In this document: in pieces, positions 1 to 9,262 of the stretch | Numbering within the stretch: position 1 is the first letter of the stretch | Layout of the letters: every line of letters starts with the position of its first letter | From: Deltaproteobacteria bacterium | GTDB lineage: Bacteria > Myxococcota_A > UBA9160 > SMWR01 | Length of the DNA: 17,200 nucleotides | Direction of reading: 5' to 3' | Assembly (NCBI GenBank): GCA_032128375.1 | Contig: JAQBGU010000248.1 | Coordinates: 1-17,200, forward strand | Translations under genes and position numbers: made by a program | Notes under the pieces: model-generated | Told to the model about the DNA's origin: nothing | Database searches by the model: none | The model's input: only the letters and a program-made list of their open reading frames with translations

Positions 1-96
1 CCATGATTGAAGCCGACAGAACGCTCTTCTCCGTCGGACAACGCGACGGTGATCCCTTTGTCAGCATGTACCAGAACTTTCCGGATGTGCCACTAG
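1..96. mobile_element. Partial copy of a MITE-like element (left end cut by window edge)
   Basis: Bases 1-96 are identical to 10857-10952. Identity stops right after CACTAG (followed by TCCT here, CGTC in copy 2). Confidence 0.8.
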
Positions 97-256
97 TCCT
101 TCTGCTGTGCTCTGCGAGCGCGTTCGCCACTTGTGGCGCGACTTGTCTCAACGCGGACGGGACCTCGAGGTGACACGTGGAGAGTGGCGCGAGGTCGGCT
201 TTCGAATCGCTAGGGAAGGCCTCGAGGAGGGGTTCCTGATTGGCGCGGATTCTGAA

Positions 257-300
257 CCCACCGAGCCGAGGTCGGCCCGGTGGGCACGAGTTTTCTCTTT
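257..300 (+). terminator. Possible hairpin / intrinsic terminator
   Basis: CCCACCG-AGCCGA-GG-TCGGCC-CGGTGGG stem (257-284, one mismatch), followed after 6 nt by TTTTCTCTTT. The U-tract is not immediately adjacent, so support is weak. Confidence 0.3.
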
Positions 301-315
301 GACTACTCCGGCCGC

Positions 316-330
316 TGGCACGTTCGTGGC
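316..330 (+). promoter_or_regulatory. Candidate sigma-54 (-24/-12) promoter
   Basis: TGGCACG-TTCG-TGGC has correct GG-N10-GC spacing and one mismatch to consensus TGGCACG-N4-TTGC. It lies about 495 bp upstream of the ABC ATPase start. Confidence 0.35.
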
Positions 331-463
331 GATCGCTGCGGCAGCCGACCGGCTTGCTGTCTCCGGAATTTAGGCCGATACAGAACTTCGCTCATTCCAC
401 GTACGCCCGCGGAAATCAACGGACGGCGGCGGAATCTCGCCAACCGCGTAACTCCGCGTCACT

Positions 464-510
464 GGACGTCAATATACGTTCCCGGACATTGACGGACAAC
501 AGTGGACATT
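464..510. promoter_or_regulatory. Helically phased direct repeats (candidate transcription-factor binding site)
   Basis: GGACA at 484, 494 and 504 (exact 10-bp period), plus GGACG at 464 in the same phase. Confidence 0.3.
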
Positions 511-824
511 GGGCCGAAACGAGATTGGCAACGTGGGGGGCGCAAGTTTCCGAACCTGGTCTCGTGTTCCGTTTTCCATTGGCGCACGAATCTGAACGGC
601 TTCCCTGCTTCGCGTGGGACCGAATCGAGAATTGGGGCTACTGTCCAGGATGCACTCCAGATACGTACGATTGCGTCAATTCGGAGTTGGTCCTCTGGCA
701 TGAGGTAGAAAACGGCCAGAGCGCAGAGGGTTCAACGTGGCGGGAAAGGCGGTTTTGATCATCGAGCCGCGTAGCATCTGGTCCGGCAACAATATCAACC
801 TGGAGAGCGGAGACTCCTAGAGAA

Positions 825-1499
825 GTGACGAACCCCGCCGTTGAGCTCGAAGAGGTTTGCGTTACCTATCAGCGCGGCGATGTTGCGGTCGATGCCGTGC
901 GCGGGGTGACACTCGAGATCGCCGCTGGTGAATTCGTCGCCATCGAGGGGCCGAGCGGGTCGGGTAAGAGCACACTGCTGCGCACGATGGCGGGCCTTTG
1001 GCCGGCGACGTCAGGTCGCGTGATGATCGACGGCGTGCCCCTCGATGATCGATCCGATTCGGAGTTGGCTCTGCTCCGCCGACGGCGCATTGGCTTCGTC
1101 CATCAGCTGTTCAATCTGCTGCCGGATCTGACCGCCGAAGAGAATGTCGGTCTGCCATTGATGCTGGATGGATTGCGCCAAGACGAGGCGGACGCCCGGG
1201 TCGAGCGCGCCCTCGATAGCTTGGGAATCGGATCGATCGCAATGCGACGACCCGAGGAACTCTCTGGAGGGGAGATGTTGCGCGTTGCGTTGGCTCGGGC
1301 GTTGGTGATTGAACCCTTGCTGATCCTCGCAGACGAGCCCACGGGCTCGCTGGATCAAGAGAATGGCCGCAATGTGCTCGAAATCTTCAAGAAGCTTCAT
1401 ACGACTGACGACGTAACGCTCGTGATCGTGACCCACGATGCCACCGTTGCGTCGGGCGCCGAACGCCGCATCAAGTTGGTAGACGGTCGGATCGAGTAA
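825..1499 (+). CDS. ABC transporter ATP-binding protein (LolD/MacB-type NBD)
   Basis: 224 aa, GTG start. Walker A GPSGSGKS, Q-loop FVHQLFNLL, signature LSGGE, Walker B ILADEPTGSLD, switch VTHD. Confidence 0.95.
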   Translation: MTNPAVELEEVCVTYQRGDVAVDAVRGVTLEIAAGEFVAIEGPSGSGKSTLLRTMAGLWPATSGRVMIDGVPLDDRSDSELALLRRRRIGFVHQLFNLLPDLTAEENVGLPLMLDGLRQDEADARVERALDSLGIGSIAMRRPEELSGGEMLRVALARALVIEPLLILADEPTGSLDQENGRNVLEIFKKLHTTDDVTLVIVTHDATVASGAERRIKLVDGRIE

Positions 1500-1500
1500 G

Positions 1501-2328
1501 GTGAGTTTCAAGGGCCTTGCATGCTGGGCGACGATTGCGCTGTCCGCCTGTTCGACATCGGCATTCGCGGATTCGTCCACGATCGATCCCCATGAGGTCA
1601 TCGAGGCAGCGTTCAACAATCTCTACGGGTTCAACTCGGTCCAGCAAGTGGAGATTTCGGCTGGCTCGGCCGAAGGGAGAAAGTTCACCCGTTCGGCACA
1701 GGTGATTCGAGTGGGGGCGGCCGGCGGATTGAATCGTATGCTCGTTCGATTCAGCGGGCCAGCCGATCTGCGTGGGGTCGGGATATTGCTGCTGGAGCGA
1801 GAGAACTTTCAATACGACGCGTTCATGTATCAGCCCATTGTGAACAAGGTGCGCCGAGTTTCGCTCTACCAACGAAATGACAAGTTTTTCGGCACTGATC
1901 TTTCGTTCGAAGATCTGGAAGGCAAGCGGCCTTCCCAATGGAGCGCTCGCTTGCTGCGCTCCGACAGGAAGTATGATCGTATGACTTGGGTGATCGAGAT
2001 GAAGCCGATCGGATTTCCAAGCGGGTACGAAAGGATCATTGGCTGGTTTGATCAACAGGTTCCGGTCGTCGTCCACTTCGAGTACTTCCTGAATGGACAG
2101 GAAAGCCAGAGACACAAGATCGTGGATCTGGACCCGGCGCAAGTAGTGGAGAAGGGCGGGTACTTCATCCCAACTCATCTAAAATTTTCTGGCTCGCGTG
2201 GCTCAGAGACGGTCGTCCGCATCTCACAAATCGAAATTCGAGAGTCCTTTCCGGGCAGCCGATTCTCTCCCACTGCCCTCGAGCGAGGAACAGAGCGTAC
2301 CGACGCGGCCGAAACGAAGGACCGCTGA
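1501..2328 (+). CDS. Outer-membrane lipoprotein-sorting / LolA-like periplasmic protein
   Basis: 275 aa with signal peptide (..ALSACSTSAFA). Family-typical motifs RF.GPADLRGVG.L, MYQPIVNKVRRV and FFGTDLSFEDL. Starts 1 nt after the ATPase stop. Confidence 0.8.
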   Translation: MSFKGLACWATIALSACSTSAFADSSTIDPHEVIEAAFNNLYGFNSVQQVEISAGSAEGRKFTRSAQVIRVGAAGGLNRMLVRFSGPADLRGVGILLLERENFQYDAFMYQPIVNKVRRVSLYQRNDKFFGTDLSFEDLEGKRPSQWSARLLRSDRKYDRMTWVIEMKPIGFPSGYERIIGWFDQQVPVVVHFEYFLNGQESQRHKIVDLDPAQVVEKGGYFIPTHLKFSGSRGSETVVRISQIEIRESFPGSRFSPTALERGTERTDAAETKDR

Positions 2329-2337
2329 GTCCCAATC

Positions 2338-3792
2338 TCAGCGCGCCGGTCGCGAACCGTCCAGCCGATCGAACCTCACGGCCGAGCCGGCGTCCGCCCT
2401 TGGCAACGAGAAGCGAAACTCCGCTCCTGGGCCAGACGAATCCTCGATCCATATCTCGCCGCCGAATTGGCGAACGATTTTTTCAACGATCGATAGCCCG
2501 AGCCCCAAGCCGGCGTTGCTGGTATTGGGGCCTGTCTTGAATGGTTGAAAAATTCGTTCTCTCGCTTTCTTGGGTATTCCTGCTCCGTTGTCCCGAATGA
2601 CGAAGAGCGTAGAGTCCTCCCTGTCTTCTTGCTCAACCTCAATTCGAAGTTCAGGGAAGCCCTCATTGTGAATGAGTGCGTTTTGGATCAGATTTCGAAG
2701 CACGTGACTCAGAAGGATTGGATGAGCGACGATTTTCGAGAACTTTCCGATCAGGTAGACAGGAGTCTCATCAATCCCTCCCCGCGAAGCTGAAATTTCG
2801 CCGGTCAGATTCTCCAGGAGATTTCGGACGCCAACGTGTTCCAATTCCGGTTGCTCTGCTGCGGTGCGCATCAGGTCGCGAAGCCCTGTAAGCATCTCGT
2901 CTGCGCGAAGAAGATTCAGTAGAGCCGTTTCGAGATTGTCCTGGCGGCTCGTGTCATCAGAGATCATCGCGAGTTGCAGGAAATTTGTACCCGCCGAAAG
3001 GCTATTGCGTAGATCGTGCGTGAGAGCAGCAGAGTAGAGGCTTTCCTGCTTGGTTCTTCGTTCCAACTGGTCGTTCTTTGCGGCAAGCGTCTCAACCGCC
3101 GTCTCGATTCGAGCCTCAAGGCTTCGATTCAAGCTGCGGAGTTCGACTTCGTACTCCTGCGCACGGTCCAATGCGTTTCTCGACGCAGACGATAGCGATG
3201 CCGCTACGATCGAGAGCGCCATCGTACAAAGCGTGTTGTATACGACACTCGTCCACGGCCAGGGCTCGCCAGCGCCAAACGGCAGTGCGCCGTCGTGCAT
3301 TGGGAGTGCGCCCGAATGGACTCCGAGTATGACCCCAAAGTATGCCAGGCTACCCAGGGCGCCGATCCCGACTGCACCCTTGGCGGAATGAAGCGCCGCC
3401 GCCATGACTACGAGGAAACCGTAGAGACCCAGGCCATACCACAAGCCTTCGCCGCCGAGAAGATAAACCCCTGTTGTGACCACCCCGACTTCGAAATACA
3501 GAATGCCAAGAGTCAGCGATCTGATCTGTGCCGGGTATCGATATCCGATGAGTAGGTATGGAACGGTGAGCAGTAGATCAGCGGTGGTCAATGCAACGAC
3601 CCATCCAACGATCGGATTGGAGCCCGCGACTCGATCGATCAACACGATCGCGATAACGATGGCGCCGCAGGTGGCTACCCGGCCAAACTGAAATCCACGA
3701 AACACGTACCAGTAGGAATTGGACTCGTTCGGAGCCGCAAACCCGCCGTCAGTCACCGGCTGGTCTTCCATCGGAGAGACGGGGTTGAACAT
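2338..3792 (-). CDS. Sensor histidine kinase with ~6-TM PilS-like intramembrane sensor (true start may be 3771 or 3756)
   Basis: H-box LTHDLRNSL, N-box LRNLIQNA, G1 IRDNGAGI, F-box IFQPF, G2 GLGLGLSIV. The N-terminus has six hydrophobic segments with short loops and a coiled-coil linker. Overlaps the permease stop. Confidence 0.93.
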   Translation of the reverse strand: MFNPVSPMEDQPVTDGGFAAPNESNSYWYVFRGFQFGRVATCGAIVIAIVLIDRVAGSNPIVGWVVALTTADLLLTVPYLLIGYRYPAQIRSLTLGILYFEVGVVTTGVYLLGGEGLWYGLGLYGFLVVMAAALHSAKGAVGIGALGSLAYFGVILGVHSGALPMHDGALPFGAGEPWPWTSVVYNTLCTMALSIVAASLSSASRNALDRAQEYEVELRSLNRSLEARIETAVETLAAKNDQLERRTKQESLYSAALTHDLRNSLSAGTNFLQLAMISDDTSRQDNLETALLNLLRADEMLTGLRDLMRTAAEQPELEHVGVRNLLENLTGEISASRGGIDETPVYLIGKFSKIVAHPILLSHVLRNLIQNALIHNEGFPELRIEVEQEDREDSTLFVIRDNGAGIPKKARERIFQPFKTGPNTSNAGLGLGLSIVEKIVRQFGGEIWIEDSSGPGAEFRFSLPRADAGSAVRFDRLDGSRPAR

Positions 3793-6355
3793 GTCTGAGG
3801 ATGATCGGCAAACACGACAGTGTGCACAGTAGAGCTACACCAGCAACCGAAGCAACGTATGCTCCGACCGGGACGCGGAAGTCGACGACCATTCCGCCAC
3901 CGATTCGCATCGTCGTGAGGACCATTTGACGCGCAAGTCCCGTCCCTACAAGCGAGCCGAGGGCTCCCCCAATTGCACCCAGTAGAGCGCCTTCCAGAAG
4001 AAAGCTGCGAACCAACTGTGAGCGGGTGGCTCCAATATCGCGAAGCGTCGAGATCTCGTCCCTTCGCTCGTCCAACGTGATGTTGAAGAAACTGATGATC
4101 GCAATGATCATCACGATCACGGCCACCGACTCGAGTGCGTATGCGGTGTAAAAGACGGCACTGACCACACCACCGATCGTGTTGCGAAACTCGTTTTGCG
4201 TCAGCAGTTGACACATGCAGTGTTCGGAGAGAAGCGCTGCCAGGTGCTCGCGAAGGGCTGTCAGATCGGTTCCCGGTATCACGCCAATCTGGAAACTGGT
4301 AATCCCTATATCACGCCAGTGCTCACGAAATTTCTCGGGAGACAAATAGACAGCGCCCAGATCGCCACCCGTATAGTCGACGACGATCGATTCGATCTTC
4401 AACGTCACGAGCCCGGTGGGTGAGCGCAGCGAAACTTTGTCGCCAATTGAATAGTCGAACTTTTCGGCGAAGTGCTGTGAGACGATCGCCCCGGTTCCAT
4501 CGGATACGGCCTGACGGGCTTCTGCGAGGTTTCCGTCGATCACTCGGAGGGGATAACGGGTTCCAAGAGAATCGGGCTCTCTCGCTGCGATCGCGGCCCA
4601 ACGATCCCGATGAGGTTGGGCCACGAGTCGAAGAGTGTCCACAGTGGCAACGCCGGGTGCCTGCTCGATGATCGGTTTGAGTGTCGGGGGCAATTTGGGT
4701 GAGGCGGGGAGAATTCCGACCGAACCCGCAGCGGTGACGAAGAGGTCCGATTTTTGACTTGCCCCCACCCAATCAAGCACTCCATCACGGAGACTGGTAA
4801 CGACCCCGAAGCTGATGATTACGTACGCAGCTCCCACCATGATGGACGCGAGGACCGTTGCGCTTCGAGCGGGGTCGGAGGAAACTCCGTTCCACGCCAG
4901 CTTGAGGGCGACCCAGCGGGTGCGCAGGCGCCGCGTTGGTGAGCGCCTAGCGAGAAGTATCGCAGCCGCCGGGAGGATCAGCCCGAGACCGAGCAGGGTG
5001 AGCATATCGCGCCCGACCGAAAGCTGAGCGAGCAACTCGGCGTCGATTGGCGGTCGGATCAGCAGGGCGCATGCGAACGCCCCAATCAAGCAGAGAGCCC
5101 CAAACCTCCCGTGTCGCAGTGAGCGCTTCAATCGCTCGCGCGCTGGGCTTTCTGTGCTGAGTGAAGCAAGTGTCTTCGTTGCGGATAGCACGGGACCCAA
5201 ACTGGCTCCCACCGAAAGCACCAGACCCAGGACGATTGCCTTCGTCACAGATACCCAGGACACCGAAAAGCCCGGCAGAGCCAGCGGTCTGTAGAGAACG
5301 CCGAGTAGCTGCGAGAAGATGGCGGACGCAATCCAGGCGAGAGCAATACCCGTAAGCGTGCCGATCACGGCGCCCGCGAGTCCAAGGATTGCAGCCTCGC
5401 CAGAGAGCAGCGCAATGATCGCACTTCTTGGCGCACCGAGTTCGCGGACGATGTCGAGCTGGGAACGACGTAGGCTCACCTCCATTGAGAGGGTGTGGTA
5501 GATCACCAAGGCACCCACAACGATTGCAAGGGCACCTGCCACACTCAAGACGAGGCGTGTGCTGTGAAGCAGGCTGCGAAAGCTCCCGCCGCGCTCTGCT
5601 GTTTGAATTGTGGCGCGGCCACCGATCAACTTCGAGAGCCGCCCAGAGATCGCTTGGTTTGTTTGCTCGGGAACAACCGTGACGTCGATCGAGTCGAAGA
5701 GCCCGCTTCGCGAAAGGAGCGCCTGGGCCGAAAAGATATCCATGATTGCCACGTTGCCCCCCAGCAGGGCAAGTTCACGCCGCGTGGGCATGAGGCCGGC
5801 CAGCGTCATCCCGTGTATCCCCGTCGATGTGGATACCGAGAAGTGAGATCCGAGGTCGACCCCGAGGCGATCGGCAAAGTCGCGAGTCAAGATCAGCGCT
5901 CCCAGATCCGTTGCGAAGATGGATTCGTCGAGAACGTCTAGATCATTCCGGTCGATCCACGATTGATGAATCTTGCTCGGATCGAACAAGTCGATGCCGA
6001 TGATCAGGAGATCTGGCGGTAGATCGGTTTGAGGGTCCGTGAATCGCACGGCACCGGTGATGACCGCTGCGGCGGAGGCAACACCTTTTGTCGAACCGAC
6101 CTCGTCCAGCATGGATTCGGGGACGCCGGAGTAGCCATTCGAAATCTGAAGAACACCCAGGCTCGTACGATTGGCGGAATTCTCTTCCATCGACACAACC
6201 GCAGAATCCACGAGTGTACCGGTCGCGACGATCGCTGCGATGCCGAGCGAAACCGACAAGACGACGAGTGCGACGCGCCCACGCCTGCGCTTCACATACG
6301 GCAAGGAAATGCGACGTAGCATGGGGATCGCGAGCATCAAATCGGAGCCGGTCAA
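3749..6355 (-). CDS. ABC transporter permease, duplicated MacB-PCD/FtsX type
   Basis: 868 aa with two repeats of TM - periplasmic domain - FtsX-like segment (RRSQLDIVRELGA..LLSGEA; ERRDEISTLRDIGATRSQL..FLLEG). TTG start overlaps the upstream TGA; alternative ATG at 6337. Confidence 0.92.
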   Translation of the reverse strand: MTGSDLMLAIPMLRRISLPYVKRRRGRVALVVLSVSLGIAAIVATGTLVDSAVVSMEENSANRTSLGVLQISNGYSGVPESMLDEVGSTKGVASAAAVITGAVRFTDPQTDLPPDLLIIGIDLFDPSKIHQSWIDRNDLDVLDESIFATDLGALILTRDFADRLGVDLGSHFSVSTSTGIHGMTLAGLMPTRRELALLGGNVAIMDIFSAQALLSRSGLFDSIDVTVVPEQTNQAISGRLSKLIGGRATIQTAERGGSFRSLLHSTRLVLSVAGALAIVVGALVIYHTLSMEVSLRRSQLDIVRELGAPRSAIIALLSGEAAILGLAGAVIGTLTGIALAWIASAIFSQLLGVLYRPLALPGFSVSWVSVTKAIVLGLVLSVGASLGPVLSATKTLASLSTESPARERLKRSLRHGRFGALCLIGAFACALLIRPPIDAELLAQLSVGRDMLTLLGLGLILPAAAILLARRSPTRRLRTRWVALKLAWNGVSSDPARSATVLASIMVGAAYVIISFGVVTSLRDGVLDWVGASQKSDLFVTAAGSVGILPASPKLPPTLKPIIEQAPGVATVDTLRLVAQPHRDRWAAIAAREPDSLGTRYPLRVIDGNLAEARQAVSDGTGAIVSQHFAEKFDYSIGDKVSLRSPTGLVTLKIESIVVDYTGGDLGAVYLSPEKFREHWRDIGITSFQIGVIPGTDLTALREHLAALLSEHCMCQLLTQNEFRNTIGGVVSAVFYTAYALESVAVIVMIIAIISFFNITLDERRDEISTLRDIGATRSQLVRSFLLEGALLGAIGGALGSLVGTGLARQMVLTTMRIGGGMVVDFRVPVGAYVASVAGVALLCTLSCLPIILRHVQPRLSDGRPAGD

Positions 6356-8226
6356 GTCGATTTGCTCGGACCAGATGTCGTGCTGAGAGGGTGCCTGTCG
6401 ATCGCAGCAAACGCTGTGCGAAGCTTCCGTAAAATTTCAGTCGTGTCCTCGCAGTCATGCATCGCTTGGAAAGCAGCCTCAAAAAAGGCATTCGCTTCCT
6501 CTCGAGATGCACCAGCAATCAACGCACCGATTCGACTCGCGTGGGACCCGAGAAGAAGGGACAGGTTCACCGGCTCGTCCGGACTGAGGGCCGAAGCGGT
6601 CAGCTCCGAAATGATTTCTCGATTTGCACTAGAAGCGATGATTCGGATGTCATCTGGAAGATGAGAGACAACGGAAAACACTCTCGCGATCAGCCGGTCG
6701 GCCAGGCTGAGGGAGATTGCGGCGTTGATCCAGGTGGCCCCACGCGAATCACTCGGAGCCGCGGTGCCAACGCTTGTGTTGATTGAACTCAATGAAAACG
6801 CTGCGACACGCATGAGTTCGAGTCCGACGCCGGCTCGGATGAGAACAGAGCAGCGATCGCTGTCGGCTGCAAGCGCTTCGTACGCGGAAACCAAGAAAGG
6901 GGATGGGCTCAGAGGAGCGTCTTCGAGTGCCATCAGTCGGTCAGAGATTTCTCCGTACAGGGGGCGATCGCGGCCGGAAATCGTCCTCGCCCTCCACCGA
7001 ATTTCTTCGATCGTCTCCTTCGTCGTCGTCGTAGGCGGTCTGGCACCCCGATAGGGAAGGCGGTGCAGTGCGGGCGGCGGAGTTTGAAGAAGAATACTCG
7101 AGAAGGCCCGGGAGAGCGGTGTCTGATGCTGAAAGAACTCAGGCATGTCTCGGGACATTCGGGCCATGTTCCGATACACGAGTTCGAGTGACGGAGCGAT
7201 CCGGTCGTAGTGGGGGCGCGCCTTGTACAGCTGAGCGGCATACGTCGACAATGGATCGCCACTGCCGAGATGCTGGTACGCGACATCGGCGGCCAGCATC
7301 CCACTTTCGAGCGCTCTGCCGATTCCCTCGGCCCAAAGAGGATCGGGTAGTCCGGCAGCATCGCCGACGCATAGCAGGCCAGGGGCGTGGCTTGTTTCGC
7401 CGCGACCTCCAAACAGCATCGGCGCGCCGAGCGGTGGGCCGATGCGCTTCGCATCAGCAAATCTCGGATCCAGCCGAATCAACTGACTTTCAAAGCTAGA
7501 GATCAAGTCAGAGAGCTTCGGACGATTCTTCGGGGTGAAGATGAATCCGAGTCCGACGTTCGCAACGCCAGGTTTCACTGAAAAAATCCAGGCATATCCA
7601 GCGACGGGATACCCGCCCGCCTCCAGCGGGGTGTAGATCTCGATTGCCGGTTCGGGCGACGCTTGGATGCGCTCGTAGTAGCTTCGTATCAAGTACGCCC
7701 GTGCCAGGGGACGTGGGGTGTAGATTGGCGATTGTCGGGAGAGTTTGTCTACCGCGCCCTCTGCAACAATCGTGACAGGAGCGAACAGATTTTCGAGATT
7801 GCCGGCGCGATTCCGAGCGCGCACCCCAACGACGGACCCGTCTTCGACGAGTAGCGACTCGACGTTGGTTCTGCATCTCAGGTCGGCGCCAAGGTCAGCT
7901 GCCCTCGTGGCAAGGCGATCGTCTAGGATCGCTCTTGGCAGGATTGCCGCGTCCACCTGATACGAACGGACGATGGGACTTTGAGAAAGGTTGGTTGGCG
8001 AGCGAACGGCGCCCCTGCTGATCGGTGTCGCGCCGTCGGTCGAGATTTCTAGCCTACCGAGTAGTGATAGAGCATGTGGAGAGAGTGCATCGCCACAAGC
8101 CTTGTCTCTTGGAAACTGCTTTTTCTCCAAAAGCAGGACCTTGAGGTTCTTCCTCACGAGCTCAATGGCGCAGGCGGACCCGGACGGTCCCGCTCCAACG
8201 ATAATGACATCCGCTGCTTTCACCAT
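6352..8226 (-). CDS. Geranylgeranyl-reductase-family FAD oxidoreductase fused to a degenerate polyprenyl-synthase-like C-terminal domain
   Basis: N-terminal ~400 aa has VIIVGAGPSGS, EKKQFPRDKACGDAL, GYAWIF, ANVGLG and VGDAAGLPDPLWAEGI. C-terminal ~220 aa follows the helix pattern of trans-prenyltransferases but has no DDxxD. Confidence 0.88.
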   Translation of the reverse strand: MVKAADVIIVGAGPSGSACAIELVRKNLKVLLLEKKQFPRDKACGDALSPHALSLLGRLEISTDGATPISRGAVRSPTNLSQSPIVRSYQVDAAILPRAILDDRLATRAADLGADLRCRTNVESLLVEDGSVVGVRARNRAGNLENLFAPVTIVAEGAVDKLSRQSPIYTPRPLARAYLIRSYYERIQASPEPAIEIYTPLEAGGYPVAGYAWIFSVKPGVANVGLGFIFTPKNRPKLSDLISSFESQLIRLDPRFADAKRIGPPLGAPMLFGGRGETSHAPGLLCVGDAAGLPDPLWAEGIGRALESGMLAADVAYQHLGSGDPLSTYAAQLYKARPHYDRIAPSLELVYRNMARMSRDMPEFFQHQTPLSRAFSSILLQTPPPALHRLPYRGARPPTTTTKETIEEIRWRARTISGRDRPLYGEISDRLMALEDAPLSPSPFLVSAYEALAADSDRCSVLIRAGVGLELMRVAAFSLSSINTSVGTAAPSDSRGATWINAAISLSLADRLIARVFSVVSHLPDDIRIIASSANREIISELTASALSPDEPVNLSLLLGSHASRIGALIAGASREEANAFFEAAFQAMHDCEDTTEILRKLRTAFAAIDRHPLSTTSGPSKST

Positions 8227-8227
8227 T

Positions 8228-9262
8228 TCAGCTCAACATTCCACCATGATCGCCGACGAGCTCGGGGGGCGGAGTCAGAGTCAGAGCAAGACACTCGAGT
8301 TCGGATCGCGAGTGACCAGGCGACAGGCATCGAACCGCGGCGATTGCCATATCGCGGTATTCGACGGCAATTTCCGCCGCCCGATCAAACGCGCCATTGC
8401 CGAGCAGCAGACCCCGCACTTCTGCTTCCGCTCGCGGTGACATGGGGCGTCCGTCGTCCCGGAGCAACTGGCGTAGGCGATTTCCTGCGGAGTCCTGATT
8501 TTTCGCTGCAATCAAGACGGGTAGCGTATACACCCGCTCTCTAAGGTCGTTGCCGGAAGGGCGATGCGCTGCCGGGTCGGCGACGAAGTCGTGCAGATCG
8601 TCGATGAGTTGAAACGAAATGCCCAGGTTTCGTCCAACTCGAATCAGATGGTTCTGCTCATCGGCTGGCACCTTGCCGATTCGAGCACCAAGATCGGCGG
8701 CAAGCTCGAACAGCGTGGCCGTCTTGAGTCGCGTGATCTTCAGATAGGTTGATTTCTCGAGATCGAATAGTCCCGTCCGTTCGGTCTCGCGCAGTTGTCC
8801 ATCCGCGACGCGCAACGCAGCGCGACCCCACGCTTTCGCCAGCGGGCCGGGCAGTTCGTTCATCAACGAATCTGCAATCATCAACAATTGTGCGCCGCCT
8901 AACGCGGCGATCTTTTCTCCGTATCGCTGATGGACGGAAGGGATGCCACGACGGGATGATGAACAATCTACGATGTCGTCGTGGTACAACGTTCCGACAT
9001 GCGCCACCTCGATTGCCAGCGCTGCCTGGCGAGCATGAGACCAATCGTAGGCGTCCTGCTCTGTTCCGCTGGCGGATTCGATGCCGTAGCCAGCAGCTAG
9101 AAGCAAGAGACGCGGACGTAGGAGCTTGCCACTGATCTCGAGGATCGCGTGATGAAGTGCTTCGGTGGCATGCCCATTGAAGAGCGCCTGCGATTCGTGG
9201 CGCACTCTGTCTAGCTGGACCTCAATGATGTGTCTCATCGTCTCAGACATCGTCTCGGGCAT
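8228..9262 (-). CDS. Polyprenyl diphosphate synthase (trans-IPPS), probably medium/long chain
   Basis: GKLLRP, FARM TLYHDDIVD..SRRG, GQLRE, KTATLF, SARM FQLIDDLHD, GNDLRERVYTLP. Small residues (G, T) at the -5/-4 positions before the FARM. Confidence 0.95.
   Translation of the reverse strand: MPETMSETMRHIIEVQLDRVRHESQALFNGHATEALHHAILEISGKLLRPRLLLLAAGYGIESASGTEQDAYDWSHARQAALAIEVAHVGTLYHDDIVDCSSSRRGIPSVHQRYGEKIAALGGAQLLMIADSLMNELPGPLAKAWGRAALRVADGQLRETERTGLFDLEKSTYLKITRLKTATLFELAADLGARIGKVPADEQNHLIRVGRNLGISFQLIDDLHDFVADPAAHRPSGNDLRERVYTLPVLIAAKNQDSAGNRLRQLLRDDGRPMSPRAEAEVRGLLLGNGAFDRAAEIAVEYRDMAIAAVRCLSPGHSRSELECLALTLTPPPELVGDHGGMLS

Noticed and set aside
97..824. ORFs 107-373, 280-492, 354-758 and 459-701, and a short LVLLLCSASAFA.. 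frame at 93-173, as genes
   Set aside because: No recognisable domains or clear RBS, and they overlap each other. The short frame could be the tail of a MITE-interrupted gene but cannot be supported.
6352..9262. Carotenoid, hopanoid or archaeal-type ether lipid pathway
   Set aside because: No phytoene/squalene synthase, cyclase, GGGP synthase or UbiA-family gene in the window.
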